A stretch of 30,963 nucleotides of DNA from a virus. Taxonomy: Duplodnaviria; Caudoviricetes. The translations under genes and the position numbers were made by a program. Under the pieces are notes generated by a model. It saw only the letters and a list, made by a program, of their open reading frames with translations, searched no databases and was not told the origin of the DNA. The stretch covers positions 1-30,963 of the IMG/VR virus record IMGVR_UViG_3300038393_002360; one strand, 5' to 3'. This document shows, piece by piece, positions 15,816 through 24,790 of this stretch; position 1 is the first letter of the stretch; each line of letters starts with the position of its first letter.

Positions 15816-17440
15816 GCGAGCCGCCCACTGAGCTGTTCCCGGCGCATGAGGGAACGGAGCTCCCGCCGGAGATGGAGCAGATGCCGCGCGGCATGCTGCT
15901 CCTGTCCTACCAGCAGGACTTCCACGTGGCCCGGCAGGAGCCGGGCCTCATCTTCGTGGAGAAGAGCCGCCGGATCGGCCTGACCTGGGGGGTGGCCTCG
16001 ACCGCGACCCTGCGGGCGGCGCGCAGCCGCAGCGCCGGCGGCCGCAACCAGTTCTACATCGGCTACGCGCTCGACATGACCAAGGAGTTCATCGACGCGG
16101 CGGCCATGTGGGCCAAGGCCTTCGGCATGGCGGCCAGCAACGTCAGCGAGTTCCTGTTCGAGGACGCCGACGACCACGGGGACACCCGCTTCATCAAGGC
16201 GTTCTCGATCGAGTTCGCTTCCGGCTTCCGGATCCAGGCGCTCAGCTCCGCGCCACGGTCCCTCCGCGGTAAGCAGGGCGACGTCATCGTCGACGAGGCG
16301 GCCTTCGTGATGGACCTGGCCGCCCTGCTGGACGCCGCGATGGCGCTGGCCATCTGGGGCGGCGACGTGACGGTGATCTCCACCCACTACGGCGTCGAGA
16401 ACACCTTCAACCAGGAGATCCAGAAGATCCGCGCCGGCGACCGCCTAGGCCGGGTGATCACCATCACCTTCGCCGACGCTATGGCTGCGGGCCTGTACGA
16501 GCGCATCTGCCTGGTGAAACGCGAGACACCGACGCCCGAGGGCAAGCTCGCCTTCGAGAAGAAGATCCGCGGCATGTACGGCGCCGGCGCGGCCCAGGAG
16601 CTGGACTGCATCCCGTCGCGGTCCGGCGGGGCCTGGCTGTCGTACGACCAGATCGAGCGGGCCGAGGATCCCGAGCCCACGGTGCTGCGCCTGGCGTTCG
16701 ATGACGGCTTCGCGCTCTGGCCCGACCACCTCCGCGAAGCCGCCGTCGCCGAGTGGTGCGAGGCCAAGGTGCTGCCGGCGATCGCCGCCATGAACGTCCG
16801 CGGCGCGCACGGCGCCGGCATCGACTTCGCGCGCACCTCCGACCTGTCGGTCATCTGGCTCCTGGAGGAGCTGCAGGACCGCCGTTGGCGGACGCCGTTC
16901 ATGGTGGAGATGCGCAACGTCCCGTTCCGCGAGCAGGAGTTCGTGGCGAAGTACGTGCTGCGCCGGCTCCGGCGCTGGCGCTGCGGCATCGACGCCAACG
17001 GCAACGGCCACTACCTGGCGGAGCGCCTGGTCCAGGCCTTCGGGGAGAGCCGGGTCACCGCGATCCGGACCAACGAAGGCTGGTGGCGCGAGCACGGCCC
17101 GCCCATCAAGAGCCGGTTCGAGGACGGCCGCATCGCCATCCCGCGCGACGCCGACGTGGCCGGCGACCTGCGTGCGGTCCGGGTCGTCAACGGCGTGCCC
17201 GCGATCCCCCAGTCCCGCAACACCGCCAAGGGCGAGGACGCCTCGGCGGCGGCCGGCGGCAAGTCCAAGCGCCACGCCGACGCGGCGGTCGCGCTGGTAA
17301 TGGCGGGCTTCGCCCTGCGCCAGGGTGTGGGCGAAGTCGACTTCCATTCCGCGGGGCCCACCGGCGTGACCGGCGTCGCCACCGTCGACGACCGCGGCTT
17401 CGGCGTCGCGGCCTCCGAGATCCAGCTTTCAGGGTACTGA
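15812..17440 (+). CDS. terL: Large terminase, Mu gp28-like
   Basis: EKSRRIGLTW, VIVDEAAF, VISTH, GIDFARTSD, HADAAVA. Confidence 0.95.
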   Translation: MSEPPTELFPAHEGTELPPEMEQMPRGMLLLSYQQDFHVARQEPGLIFVEKSRRIGLTWGVASTATLRAARSRSAGGRNQFYIGYALDMTKEFIDAAAMWAKAFGMAASNVSEFLFEDADDHGDTRFIKAFSIEFASGFRIQALSSAPRSLRGKQGDVIVDEAAFVMDLAALLDAAMALAIWGGDVTVISTHYGVENTFNQEIQKIRAGDRLGRVITITFADAMAAGLYERICLVKRETPTPEGKLAFEKKIRGMYGAGAAQELDCIPSRSGGAWLSYDQIERAEDPEPTVLRLAFDDGFALWPDHLREAAVAEWCEAKVLPAIAAMNVRGAHGAGIDFARTSDLSVIWLLEELQDRRWRTPFMVEMRNVPFREQEFVAKYVLRRLRRWRCGIDANGNGHYLAERLVQAFGESRVTAIRTNEGWWREHGPPIKSRFEDGRIAIPRDADVAGDLRAVRVVNGVPAIPQSRNTAKGEDASAAAGGKSKRHADAAVALVMAGFALRQGVGEVDFHSAGPTGVTGVATVDDRGFGVAASEIQLSGY

Positions 17441-17441
17441 C

Positions 17442-18968
17442 ATGACCGGCTTCGCCGACGGCGCAGGCTCGCCCGATCTCACCGAGATCGCCACCTCCCG
17501 CGACGGGCGCGACATCACCCGGCCGTTCTTCGGCCCGCTGATACACCCGCAGGACACGGTGCTGGCCAGCCTGGGCCAGCGCTGGGAGGCCTATCGCGAG
17601 ATCCGCCGCGACGGCCAGGTGCACGCCACCTTCCAGCAGCGCCGCCTGGCTATCGTCGGCCGGCCGCTGGTGGTCGAGCCGGGCCGGGACGATGTGATCA
17701 GCAAGGCCGCGGCCGAGCAGCTGCAGGCCAACCTGGACGACATCGCCTTCGACCGGGCGACCAAGGGCATGAGCTGGGGCTTCTTCTACGGCTTCAGCGT
17801 CGGCGAGTGCATGTGGTCGATCCGGGACAACCGGGTGTGGCTGGACCAGGTGAAGGTGCGCACGCCTTGGCGCTTCCGGTTCACCGACGCCGGCGAGCTG
17901 AGGCTGCTGACCCGGACGAACACCTTCCAGGGCGAGCAGCTGCCCGAGCGCAAGTTCTGGATCATGTCGTCCGGGGCCGACAATGACGACGAGCCCTACG
18001 GCCTCGGCCTGGCGCACCAGCTCTACTGGCCGGTCTACTTCAAGAAGCAGGGCCTGGCGTTCTGGCTGCGCGCCCTGGAGAAGTTCGGCGCGCCCACGGC
18101 CGTCGGCACCTATCCGGCCGGGAGCGACGCGGACACCATCCAGAAGCTGCTGGCCGCGGCCATCGCCATCCGCATCGACGGCGCCGTGGTGAAGCCCGAG
18201 GGCACCGTGCTCGAGCTGCTCGAGGCGACCCGCGGCACGGTCGACCAGGCCACCTTCCTTCGGCAAATGAACGCCGAGGTCTCCAAGATCGTCATCGGCC
18301 AGACCATGACCACGGACGACGGCTCCTCGCTCGCCCAGGGCAAGGTGCACCAGGATGTCAAGGAAGAGGTCACGGACGCCGACGTCGAGGAGCTGTGCGA
18401 GAGCTTCCAGCAAGGCCCGGCTCGCTGGCTGACCGAGTGGAACTTCCCCGGCGCGGCGATCCCGATCCTGAAGCGGCCCAGCCCTGAGGACGAGGAGCGC
18501 GCCGCCGAGCTGCGGAAGAAGGACGCCGACACCCTGAAGACCATGGACGACGCCGGGTACGAGCCGGACGAGGACATGGCCGGGGCGCGATACCCCGGCT
18601 GGCGGCGCAAGCCCGCGCCGGAGCCGCCGCCCACGCCGCCGGCGCCCGCGCCGCCGAACCTCGCCCCGGCCGCGCCGGTCCAGGCCGCCTTCGCCGAGGC
18701 CGATCGCAGCCGCGACGCCATCGACGCCTACCTGGAGCTGGTGGACTGGGAGGCGGCCATGGAGCCGGTGGCCCGGTCGATTGAGGACCTGGTGCTGGCC
18801 AGCCCCAGCCTGGAGGCCGCGGCCCAGCGCCTGGTCGGCCTCTTCACCGGCGACGCCGGCGCGGCGCTGACCGAGCAGCTGGCCCGCGCCCTCTTGCAGG
18901 CGGGCCTGGCCGGCCAGGGCGGCCTGGCGCTCTCCGACCGTGAGGACCGCGCCCAGGCGGCCGACTGA
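17442..18968 (+). CDS. Portal protein, Mu gp29-like (DUF935)
   Basis: DGQVHATFQQRR, GFSVGE, PYGLGL...YWPVYFK, LEKFGAP, SKIVIGQTMTT, AQGKVH. Confidence 0.95.
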   Translation: MTGFADGAGSPDLTEIATSRDGRDITRPFFGPLIHPQDTVLASLGQRWEAYREIRRDGQVHATFQQRRLAIVGRPLVVEPGRDDVISKAAAEQLQANLDDIAFDRATKGMSWGFFYGFSVGECMWSIRDNRVWLDQVKVRTPWRFRFTDAGELRLLTRTNTFQGEQLPERKFWIMSSGADNDDEPYGLGLAHQLYWPVYFKKQGLAFWLRALEKFGAPTAVGTYPAGSDADTIQKLLAAAIAIRIDGAVVKPEGTVLELLEATRGTVDQATFLRQMNAEVSKIVIGQTMTTDDGSSLAQGKVHQDVKEEVTDADVEELCESFQQGPARWLTEWNFPGAAIPILKRPSPEDEERAAELRKKDADTLKTMDDAGYEPDEDMAGARYPGWRRKPAPEPPPTPPAPAPPNLAPAAPVQAAFAEADRSRDAIDAYLELVDWEAAMEPVARSIEDLVLASPSLEAAAQRLVGLFTGDAGAALTEQLARALLQAGLAGQGGLALSDREDRAQAAD

Positions 18969-20296
18969 TGGCCGTCGTCACCTTCGACAACCGCGCCCCG
19001 GCGGAGGCCGTCGCCTACCTGGAGCAGAAGTCGGTGGGCGGGCGGTTCTCGTTCGCCTGGCAGGACGTCTGGCAGGCCGAGCACCTCAACGCGTTCGTGG
19101 TGGCCAAGGCCGCGACTGCGGACATCCTGACCGACCTGCACGGCGCGCTGCTCGCGGCGATCAAGGACGGCTGGACGCAGGATCGCTTCGCCCAGGAGGT
19201 CCGGCCGCTGCTCGAGGCCAAGGGCTGGTGGGGCAAGAAGCGCCAGGTCGATCCGGTGACCGGCCGTGAGGAGCTGGTGACGCTGGGCACGCCGCGGCGC
19301 CTGCGGACCATCTACGACACCAACATGCGCATGGCGCACTCGGCCGGCCGCTGGGAGCGGTTCTCGCGCTCGTTCGCGACCCGGCCGATCATCAAGTACC
19401 ACCACACGCCGCAGGAGCATCCGCGTCCGCTGCACCTGGCCTGGGACGGCATCGCGCTGCCCTACGACCACCCGTTCTGGCAGACCCACTGGTGCCCCAA
19501 CGGCTGGTTCTGCAAGTGCTTCGCCACCTCGCATCGGGCGGGGACGGAGATCACCACGGAAGACCAGCTGGTCGCCAAGGGCGTCTACCGCACCCGGGCC
19601 TGGCGCAACCGCCGCACCGGCCAAGTGGAGCAGGTGCCCGAGGGGATCGATCCGGGCTTCGGCTACAACGTTGGCCAGGCGCGGATGGCGGGCCTGACGC
19701 CGCCGGCCATGCCCGAGCCGCAGCGGGACTTCGTGGCGGGCGACCGGACACCGCGCGCGCTCCCGCCGCCGCCGCAGCCGCGGCCGCTGCCCAGCGACGT
19801 GGACGTGCGGCCCGACCTGGAGGGGGTGACGGATCCGCAGAAGGTGTTCGAGGCGCTGGCGGATGTGCTCGGCGTCAAGGAGGGCGAGGTCTACGCCGAC
19901 CGCGCCCAGGTCCCGCTGGTGATGGGCCAGCGCATGTTCCAGGCCCACGACGCCGCCGGCCAGCCGATCGGCCCGAAGGCCGGCCTGGGCTCACGCGGCC
20001 CGCTGGCGGAGATCTTCGGCGCCGTGATCCGCGACCCGGACGAGATCTGGCATTCGCTGCAGACCCGCGCCGACGGCAGCTCAGTGCTGGTGCGCAACCT
20101 GGTCGGCGTCTTCGACGTGCCCCAGGCCGGCCGGCAGTGGTTCGTAGTCACCTTCCACGAGGGCTCGTCGCGAGGGGTGTGGATGGGGACGACGGCGTAT
20201 GGCCCGGGGAAGACGAACAAGGTCCGGACGCAGCTGGAGCAGTCCGCGCAGGGGCACCGGGTGGGGACGCTGGTTTATCGGCGGCCCGTCACTTAG
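18968..20296 (+). CDS. MuF (gp30) head morphogenesis protein with C-terminal PBECR2-like nuclease domain
   Basis: AFVVAKA, RRLRTIYDTNMR, RPLHLAWDG, HWCPNGWFCKC, GIDPGFGYNVG; extension IRDPDEIW...WMGTTAY...GTLVYRR. Confidence 0.9.
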   Translation: MAVVTFDNRAPAEAVAYLEQKSVGGRFSFAWQDVWQAEHLNAFVVAKAATADILTDLHGALLAAIKDGWTQDRFAQEVRPLLEAKGWWGKKRQVDPVTGREELVTLGTPRRLRTIYDTNMRMAHSAGRWERFSRSFATRPIIKYHHTPQEHPRPLHLAWDGIALPYDHPFWQTHWCPNGWFCKCFATSHRAGTEITTEDQLVAKGVYRTRAWRNRRTGQVEQVPEGIDPGFGYNVGQARMAGLTPPAMPEPQRDFVAGDRTPRALPPPPQPRPLPSDVDVRPDLEGVTDPQKVFEALADVLGVKEGEVYADRAQVPLVMGQRMFQAHDAAGQPIGPKAGLGSRGPLAEIFGAVIRDPDEIWHSLQTRADGSSVLVRNLVGVFDVPQAGRQWFVVTFHEGSSRGVWMGTTAYGPGKTNKVRTQLEQSAQGHRVGTLVYRRPVT

Positions 20297-20657
20297 CCGC
20301 AGTTGCTGCGGCGGCCTCAACGATCACGACGATGGCGGACATACACAGCAGAACCATGGTGCCGATCAGGAACGCGGTGATCCAGAAATAGAGCCGGCCA
20401 TGACGCGGGTGTTCTCGAATGCGTGCCGCGATCGGAAAAAGCCGCTCCGACACCGCCTCCTGCACCCAGCCGAGGAGCAAGATGAACGATACGAAGAAGG
20501 TCGCCTGCAGCCAGGGGTCGCCGCGAGTGGCCTTCAGGTCGTAGGCCGCGAACTTCAGCGCCCCGACGATCGCCGCTCGCTCCGCCAGGGCGAAGAAGAA
20601 TTCGGCGGCTGCCGAGAGAGCAGCGGAGAATGGGTCGCGCGTCCGCGCACCAGCCAT
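20289..20657 (-). CDS. Three-TM membrane protein (accessory gene), 122 aa
   Basis: RBS GGGGGGA before ATG 20657; three hydrophobic segments; 8-nt convergent overlap with MuF. Confidence 0.7.
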   Translation of the reverse strand: MAGARTRDPFSAALSAAAEFFFALAERAAIVGALKFAAYDLKATRGDPWLQATFFVSFILLLGWVQEAVSERLFPIAARIREHPRHGRLYFWITAFLIGTMVLLCMSAIVVIVEAAAATAAK

Positions 20658-20670
20658 CGGTCCCCCCATG

Positions 20671-20701
20671 AAAAAGGCCCGCGGGAGCGACCCCCGGGCC
20701 T
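20671..20701 (-). terminator. Rho-independent terminator
   Basis: Minus strand AGGCCCGGGGG-TCGCT-CCCGCGGGCCT followed by TTTT. Confidence 0.8.
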
Positions 20702-20745
20702 CGTGGCGCCGCAGAGGGATCCCGTTCGCTGGGAGCCGCGGCGCG
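20671..20745 (-). ncRNA. Candidate ~75-nt small RNA or attenuator leader
   Basis: Downstream of a TTGATC-N17-CATATT promoter; 5' hairpin GCGCCGCGG...CTGCGGCGC with inner TCCC/GGGA; ends in the terminator. Confidence 0.5.
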
Positions 20746-20751
20746 AGTTGG

Positions 20752-20780
20752 AATATGGGCCGGCCGGGCGTGGCGATCAA
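20752..20780 (-). promoter_or_regulatory. Sigma70-like promoter
   Basis: Minus strand TTGATC, 17-bp spacer, CATATT. Confidence 0.6.
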
Positions 20781-20917
20781 GCTTGGCCGAAATTCCGGGC
20801 CGTATAGGCCTCTCTGGGTGTCGCCCCGGCCGATCCAAGGCCCGACCGCGTTCCGGCCGCCGGCGCCCGTTTGAAGGCGTTCGACGGGCCATCTATCAGG
20901 CCGCCAGCCGGCGCGCG

Positions 20918-21148
20918 TCATGCCTTCTGCAGACGGACCCCAGTTCGAACCACCTGGAAGGTGTCGTCGGTCAGAAAATTCACGGCATCGCCGCGATCTG
21001 TGGTCAGCGACTTGAGCCCAAGGACCTTGGCGTGCGGATTGTCGTACGTGCCGGCGTCGATCACGTCCTGATACTCGACCAGCACGTAGCTCTTGCCGTC
21101 GTCGCCCTGGCAGCGGAAGCGACGGTTCTCTCGGGTGTACTTCGCCAT
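20918..21148 (-). CDS. Small beta-rich hypothetical protein, 76 aa (accessory gene)
   Basis: RBS GGAGAG; ATG start; globular composition; divergent from the head operon. Confidence 0.75.
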   Translation of the reverse strand: MAKYTRENRRFRCQGDDGKSYVLVEYQDVIDAGTYDNPHAKVLGLKSLTTDRGDAVNFLTDDTFQVVRTGVRLQKA

Positions 21149-21176
21149 CCCGCGATCTCTCCAGGACTGATGGGGG

Positions 21177-21201
21177 CTGACAACTGTCAGGGGCTACGGC
21201 C
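21177..21201 (+). promoter_or_regulatory. Late promoter element 2 (upstream of head genes)
   Basis: CTGACAACTGTCAG GGGCTACGGCC, a near copy of 12656-12680. Confidence 0.8.
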
Positions 21202-21277
21202 GCTCCGACACCCAGCATGGTGAGGCTTCCAGACGCGCCCGTCTAGGCGCCCCGAAGCCCGAGAGTCACCAGCTACA

Positions 21278-22354
21278 ATGCTCGACCGGATCGAAGTGTT
21301 CAAAGCGGGCAAGCACCGCGCCGTGGACGGCAAGGAGTATGCGTTCTCCGAGGCCGACATCGCCGCGATCGCCGCCGCCTACGACCCGGCCCTGCAGTGC
21401 GGCCCCATCGTGCTGGGCCATCCGAAGACCGACGATCCGGCCTGGGGCTGGGTGAAGGGCCTGGCGGTCGAGGGCGGCAAGCTGTTCGCCGAGACCGAGA
21501 AGGTGGACGCCGCCTTCGCCGAGGGTGTCGAGGCCGGCCGCTACCGCTACGTCTCCTCGGCCTTCTACGCGCCGGACGATGCGGCCAATCCCAAGCCCGG
21601 CGCCTGGTACCTGCGGCACGTGGGCTTCCTGGGCGCCCAGCCGCCGGCGGTGAAGGGCCTGACGCCCGCCTTCTCCGAAGCACCGGCCGACAGCCTGGTG
21701 GCCTTCGCGGCCGCCGACGCCGACTCGGTGCAGAGCCTGTTCCGCGGCCTGCGGGACTGGATCATCGAGCAGCACGACATCGAGACCGCCGACCGGGTGG
21801 TCCCCACCTGGTACATCGACAGCGTCGAGCCCTACGTCCCGGCCGACGCCGCGCCGGCCTTCGCCGAGGCCACCGAAGCCGCGCCCGAACCGGCGATCAC
21901 CGTCGACGGTGGGACGGGCGACGACGTGCTGGCAGCCCGCGCCGCCGAGCTGGACGGCCGCGAGGCGCAGATCCGCAACCGCGAAGTCGCCTTCGCCGAG
22001 GGTCAGCGCCAGCAGGCGCGCCAGGCCGACGCCGAGTTCCTGGACGGCCTGGTCACCGCCGGCCGGTTGCCGCCCGCCTTGCGCGCCGACGCCGCGGCGC
22101 TGTTCGCCGCCCTCGATGGTGATCAGACCGTAGCCTTCTCCGAGCCGGACACCCAACCGCGCGCGGCGCTCAAGAAGCTGTTCGAGGGGCTCGGCACGTC
22201 GATCCAGTTCGCCGAATTCTCGGCCGCCAATGGCTTCGACGGCGCGACCGATCCAGCCTCCATCGCCGCCGAAATCGGTCGGATCCGGAGCGAGGCCGCC
22301 GAGCGCGGCGAGAACCTCTCCTATTCGCAGGCCGCCGCCCGCGTCGGCCGCTGA
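21278..22354 (+). CDS. Capsid maturation protease/scaffold (Mu gpI-like)
   Basis: IEVFKAGKH, PIVLGHP, PAWGWV, GRYRYVSSAFY, YLRHVGFLGAQPPAVKGL; repeated AFAE motifs in the scaffold part. Confidence 0.92.
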   Translation: MLDRIEVFKAGKHRAVDGKEYAFSEADIAAIAAAYDPALQCGPIVLGHPKTDDPAWGWVKGLAVEGGKLFAETEKVDAAFAEGVEAGRYRYVSSAFYAPDDAANPKPGAWYLRHVGFLGAQPPAVKGLTPAFSEAPADSLVAFAAADADSVQSLFRGLRDWIIEQHDIETADRVVPTWYIDSVEPYVPADAAPAFAEATEAAPEPAITVDGGTGDDVLAARAAELDGREAQIRNREVAFAEGQRQQARQADAEFLDGLVTAGRLPPALRADAAALFAALDGDQTVAFSEPDTQPRAALKKLFEGLGTSIQFAEFSAANGFDGATDPASIAAEIGRIRSEAAERGENLSYSQAAARVGR

Positions 22355-22378
22355 CCAAACAGGGACCCTGAAGAACCC

Positions 22379-22753
22379 ATGCGCCACCAAGTCGCCAAGA
22401 CCTACGCCGCCGAGGCCGCGATCACGCCGCGCCGCATCGTGAAGCACGGCGCCGCCGATGGCGGGGTGATCAACTCCGCCGCGGCCGCCGACAAGCACGC
22501 GGGTGTCGCGGACAGCCGCGGCGCCGCGGCCGCCGGCGATGCGGTGGACATCTACAAGTCCGGCACGGTCGAGGTGGAATACGGCGGCAACGTCACGCGT
22601 GGCGACCCGCTCACCTCGGACGCGGTCGGCCGCGCGATCACGGCCGCTCCGGCCGCCGGCGCCAACGTCCGCATCGTCGGCTTCGCGGAAGTCTCGGGCG
22701 TGCTCGGCGACATCGGCGAAGTCGATCTCAAGCCCAGCGTGATGCAGGGCTGA
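22379..22753 (+). CDS. Capsid cement/decoration protein (DUF2190-like)
   Basis: Gly/Ala-rich beta protein, VEYGGNVTRGDPLTSDAVGRAI; located between protease and capsid. Confidence 0.82.
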   Translation: MRHQVAKTYAAEAAITPRRIVKHGAADGGVINSAAAADKHAGVADSRGAAAAGDAVDIYKSGTVEVEYGGNVTRGDPLTSDAVGRAITAAPAAGANVRIVGFAEVSGVLGDIGEVDLKPSVMQG

Positions 22754-22792
22754 TCGAACCCCACACCCTAGGAACCCAGGACCCCGATCGAC

Positions 22793-23722
22793 ATGGACGA
22801 GCCGTTTCCCATTCACCCGACCTACACGGGCATCGCGATCGCCTACAAGAACGAGGAGATGATCGCCGACGAGGTGCTGCCCATCGCGACGCCGGTCAGC
22901 TCCGAGAAGTTCACCTACTTCAACTATCCGGTCGATGAGGCGCTGACCGTGCCCGAGACCCGGATCGGCCGCCGGTCCGAGGCGAACACCATCGAGGTGA
23001 CCGCCACCGAAACCACGGCGAAGGTCGAGGACAACGCCCTCTCGGATCTCGTCCCGAACAAGGACATCAACACCGCGCCCCAGGGCTACGATCCCATGGC
23101 GCACGCCACGGAGACGGTGACGGACCTGATGGTCCTGGCCCGCGAGATCCGCGTGGCGGGCTTGGTGTTCAACCCCAACACCTATCCGGCTGGCCAGAAG
23201 GTGCAACTCGCCGGCGTCAACCAGTTCTCGGACCCGGCCTCGGATCCGTTCCAGGTTCTGTGGGACGCGCTCGACGTTCCCATCATGCGGCCCAACCTCA
23301 TGACCCTGGGCCAGCCGGTGTGGAACAAGCTCGCCACCCACCCGAAGCTCATCGCGAAGCTCTACGGCGAGGCCTCCACCCGCGGGAAGGCTCGACTGGC
23401 CGATCTGGCCGAGGAGTTGGAGATCGAGCGCATCCTGGTCGGCAAGGCCCGCGTGAACACCGCGAAGAAGGGCCAGGCCGCCGTGCTCAATCGAGCCTGG
23501 GGCAAGCACATCTCGCTGACCTACATCAACAAGCTCGCCAACAACGAACGCGGCATGACCTTCGGGATGACTGTGCCGTTCGGTGAGCGCCGCCGGACGC
23601 GCGTCATCCCCGAGCCGAAGATCGGTCTGGGCGGCTCGCAGCGAGTGCAGGTCGAGGAGCAGCTCAAGGAGCTGATCGTCGCCTCCAGCTGCGGCTACTT
23701 CATCCAGGACGCGGTGGCCTGA
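22793..23722 (+). CDS. Major capsid protein
   Basis: 309 aa; TGIAIAYKN..MIADEVLP, REIRVAGLV, RPNLMTLG..VWNKLATHP, GYFIQDAVA; position. Confidence 0.9.
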   Translation: MDEPFPIHPTYTGIAIAYKNEEMIADEVLPIATPVSSEKFTYFNYPVDEALTVPETRIGRRSEANTIEVTATETTAKVEDNALSDLVPNKDINTAPQGYDPMAHATETVTDLMVLAREIRVAGLVFNPNTYPAGQKVQLAGVNQFSDPASDPFQVLWDALDVPIMRPNLMTLGQPVWNKLATHPKLIAKLYGEASTRGKARLADLAEELEIERILVGKARVNTAKKGQAAVLNRAWGKHISLTYINKLANNERGMTFGMTVPFGERRRTRVIPEPKIGLGGSQRVQVEEQLKELIVASSCGYFIQDAVA

Positions 23723-23726
23723 TCCA

Positions 23727-24368
23727 ATGCGTGCCCGTCTCACGCACATCGCCCTGCGCATCGCCGATCGCCAGTTCGAGATCGGCGACGAAGTCGTCGG
23801 CGGGGAAGACCTGCCGATGGAGGTCCTGACCGCGCGGCTGCTGGCCGGCACCGCCGAGCTGGTCCTGCCGCCGATCGAGATCTCGCCCGAGCTGAAGGCG
23901 GTGATCGACCGCTTCGCAGCGGCGAGCGGCCAGCTTCTCGTCTTCATGGGCGAGCTGGTGAGGACGGCGCTCACCGGACCGCCTGGCTCGGCCCGCGTGG
24001 TGCTGAACGCCATCCATGCCGCCGAGCGCGCGCCGACCCCGGACCTGGTCCAGCTGCTCGACCAGCTCGAGGACCGCGCCGAGGCGGACCAGGCGTTCAT
24101 CCCGGCAGACCTTTCGCCCGAGGGCTCTCCAGCTCAGGGCGAGACCGAGGCCGGCGGCCAACCCGCCGCCTCCGAAGCCGGCGGCGTGGACGGGCCGCCG
24201 CCGGCCGAGAATTCCAGCGGATCTCCCGCTTTCACCGATGCACCCCAGCCAGAAGCTGGGCGTGGCGAACCCGCCGGGGCTGCGGCCCCGGCGGCAGAGC
24301 CGAGCGCGCCCAGCACGTCGTCCACCGCCAAGAAGCGAGCTCCCCGCAAGGGGGCCCGGGAGGACTGA
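23727..24368 (+). CDS. Hypothetical head-region protein with Pro/Ala/Glu-rich disordered tail
   Basis: Follows the capsid gene; low-complexity C-terminal half. Confidence 0.7.
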   Translation: MRARLTHIALRIADRQFEIGDEVVGGEDLPMEVLTARLLAGTAELVLPPIEISPELKAVIDRFAAASGQLLVFMGELVRTALTGPPGSARVVLNAIHAAERAPTPDLVQLLDQLEDRAEADQAFIPADLSPEGSPAQGETEAGGQPAASEAGGVDGPPPAENSSGSPAFTDAPQPEAGRGEPAGAAAPAAEPSAPSTSSTAKKRAPRKGARED

Positions 24369-24569
24369 ATGGTTGGAACGCCGGGACATCGCGAGCTCAC
24401 GGCTCAGGAAGCCGCCTTCATCGCCGAGCTGAAAGCGCAAGGCGCCGAGGCGCTCGTGGCGATGGACGCCCTGACCGAGGCGCTGGGCCGCGGCGGCCGG
24501 GAGTTCGCGATCGCCAAGACCAAGTTCGAGGAGGCCGTCATGTGGGCGGTCAAGGGGATCACGGGATGA
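24369..24569 (+). CDS. Acb2/Tad1-like cyclic-nucleotide sponge (anti-CBASS/anti-Thoeris candidate)
   Basis: GHRELTAQEAAFIAELKAQG...REFAIAKTKFEEAVMWAVKGIT; helical hairpin with family-like motifs; RBS GGAGG. Confidence 0.75.
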   Translation: MVGTPGHRELTAQEAAFIAELKAQGAEALVAMDALTEALGRGGREFAIAKTKFEEAVMWAVKGITG

Positions 24570-24787
24570 CCCGCGGCTCCCGCGCCAACCTCCTCACCCA
24601 GGCCGCGGCACGGCTTCAGCGCGCCTTCGAGGCCCGCCGGAACGCCGCTCGAGCCGGGTTCGAACGCCTCACCGCTACAGGCGCGTTCCGTGCGCCGGAC
24701 CACCTGCGTCCGGACCTGCAGGCCGAGCTGGGCCTGGGCCAGATGTGCCCGCTGCCCCTCGACGCCGAGCGGGCGGAGGCGGCTTGA
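24566..24787 (+). CDS. Hypothetical protein, 73 aa
   Basis: ATGA overlap with the previous gene. Confidence 0.6.
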   Translation: MTRGSRANLLTQAAARLQRAFEARRNAARAGFERLTATGAFRAPDHLRPDLQAELGLGQMCPLPLDAERAEAA

Positions 24788-24790
24788 GCC

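Noticed and set aside
20676-20740. Resemblance of GTCGCTCCC and GGCTCCC...GGGATC to type I-C/I-E CRISPR repeats (RNA anti-CRISPR idea)
   Set aside because: Matches are too short, the repeat 3' handle is missing, and there is no array or cas gene in the window.
20658-21218. 309-aa extended version of the minus-strand membrane ORF
   Set aside because: The extension crosses a terminator, a promoter and the 76-aa gene; the RBS supports a start at 20657.
21800-22354. Internal start for a separate scaffold protein (Mu gpZ-like)
   Set aside because: No convincing RBS and start codon pair seen.
21266-24100. 944-aa minus-strand ORF
   Set aside because: Antisense shadow of the protease and capsid genes.
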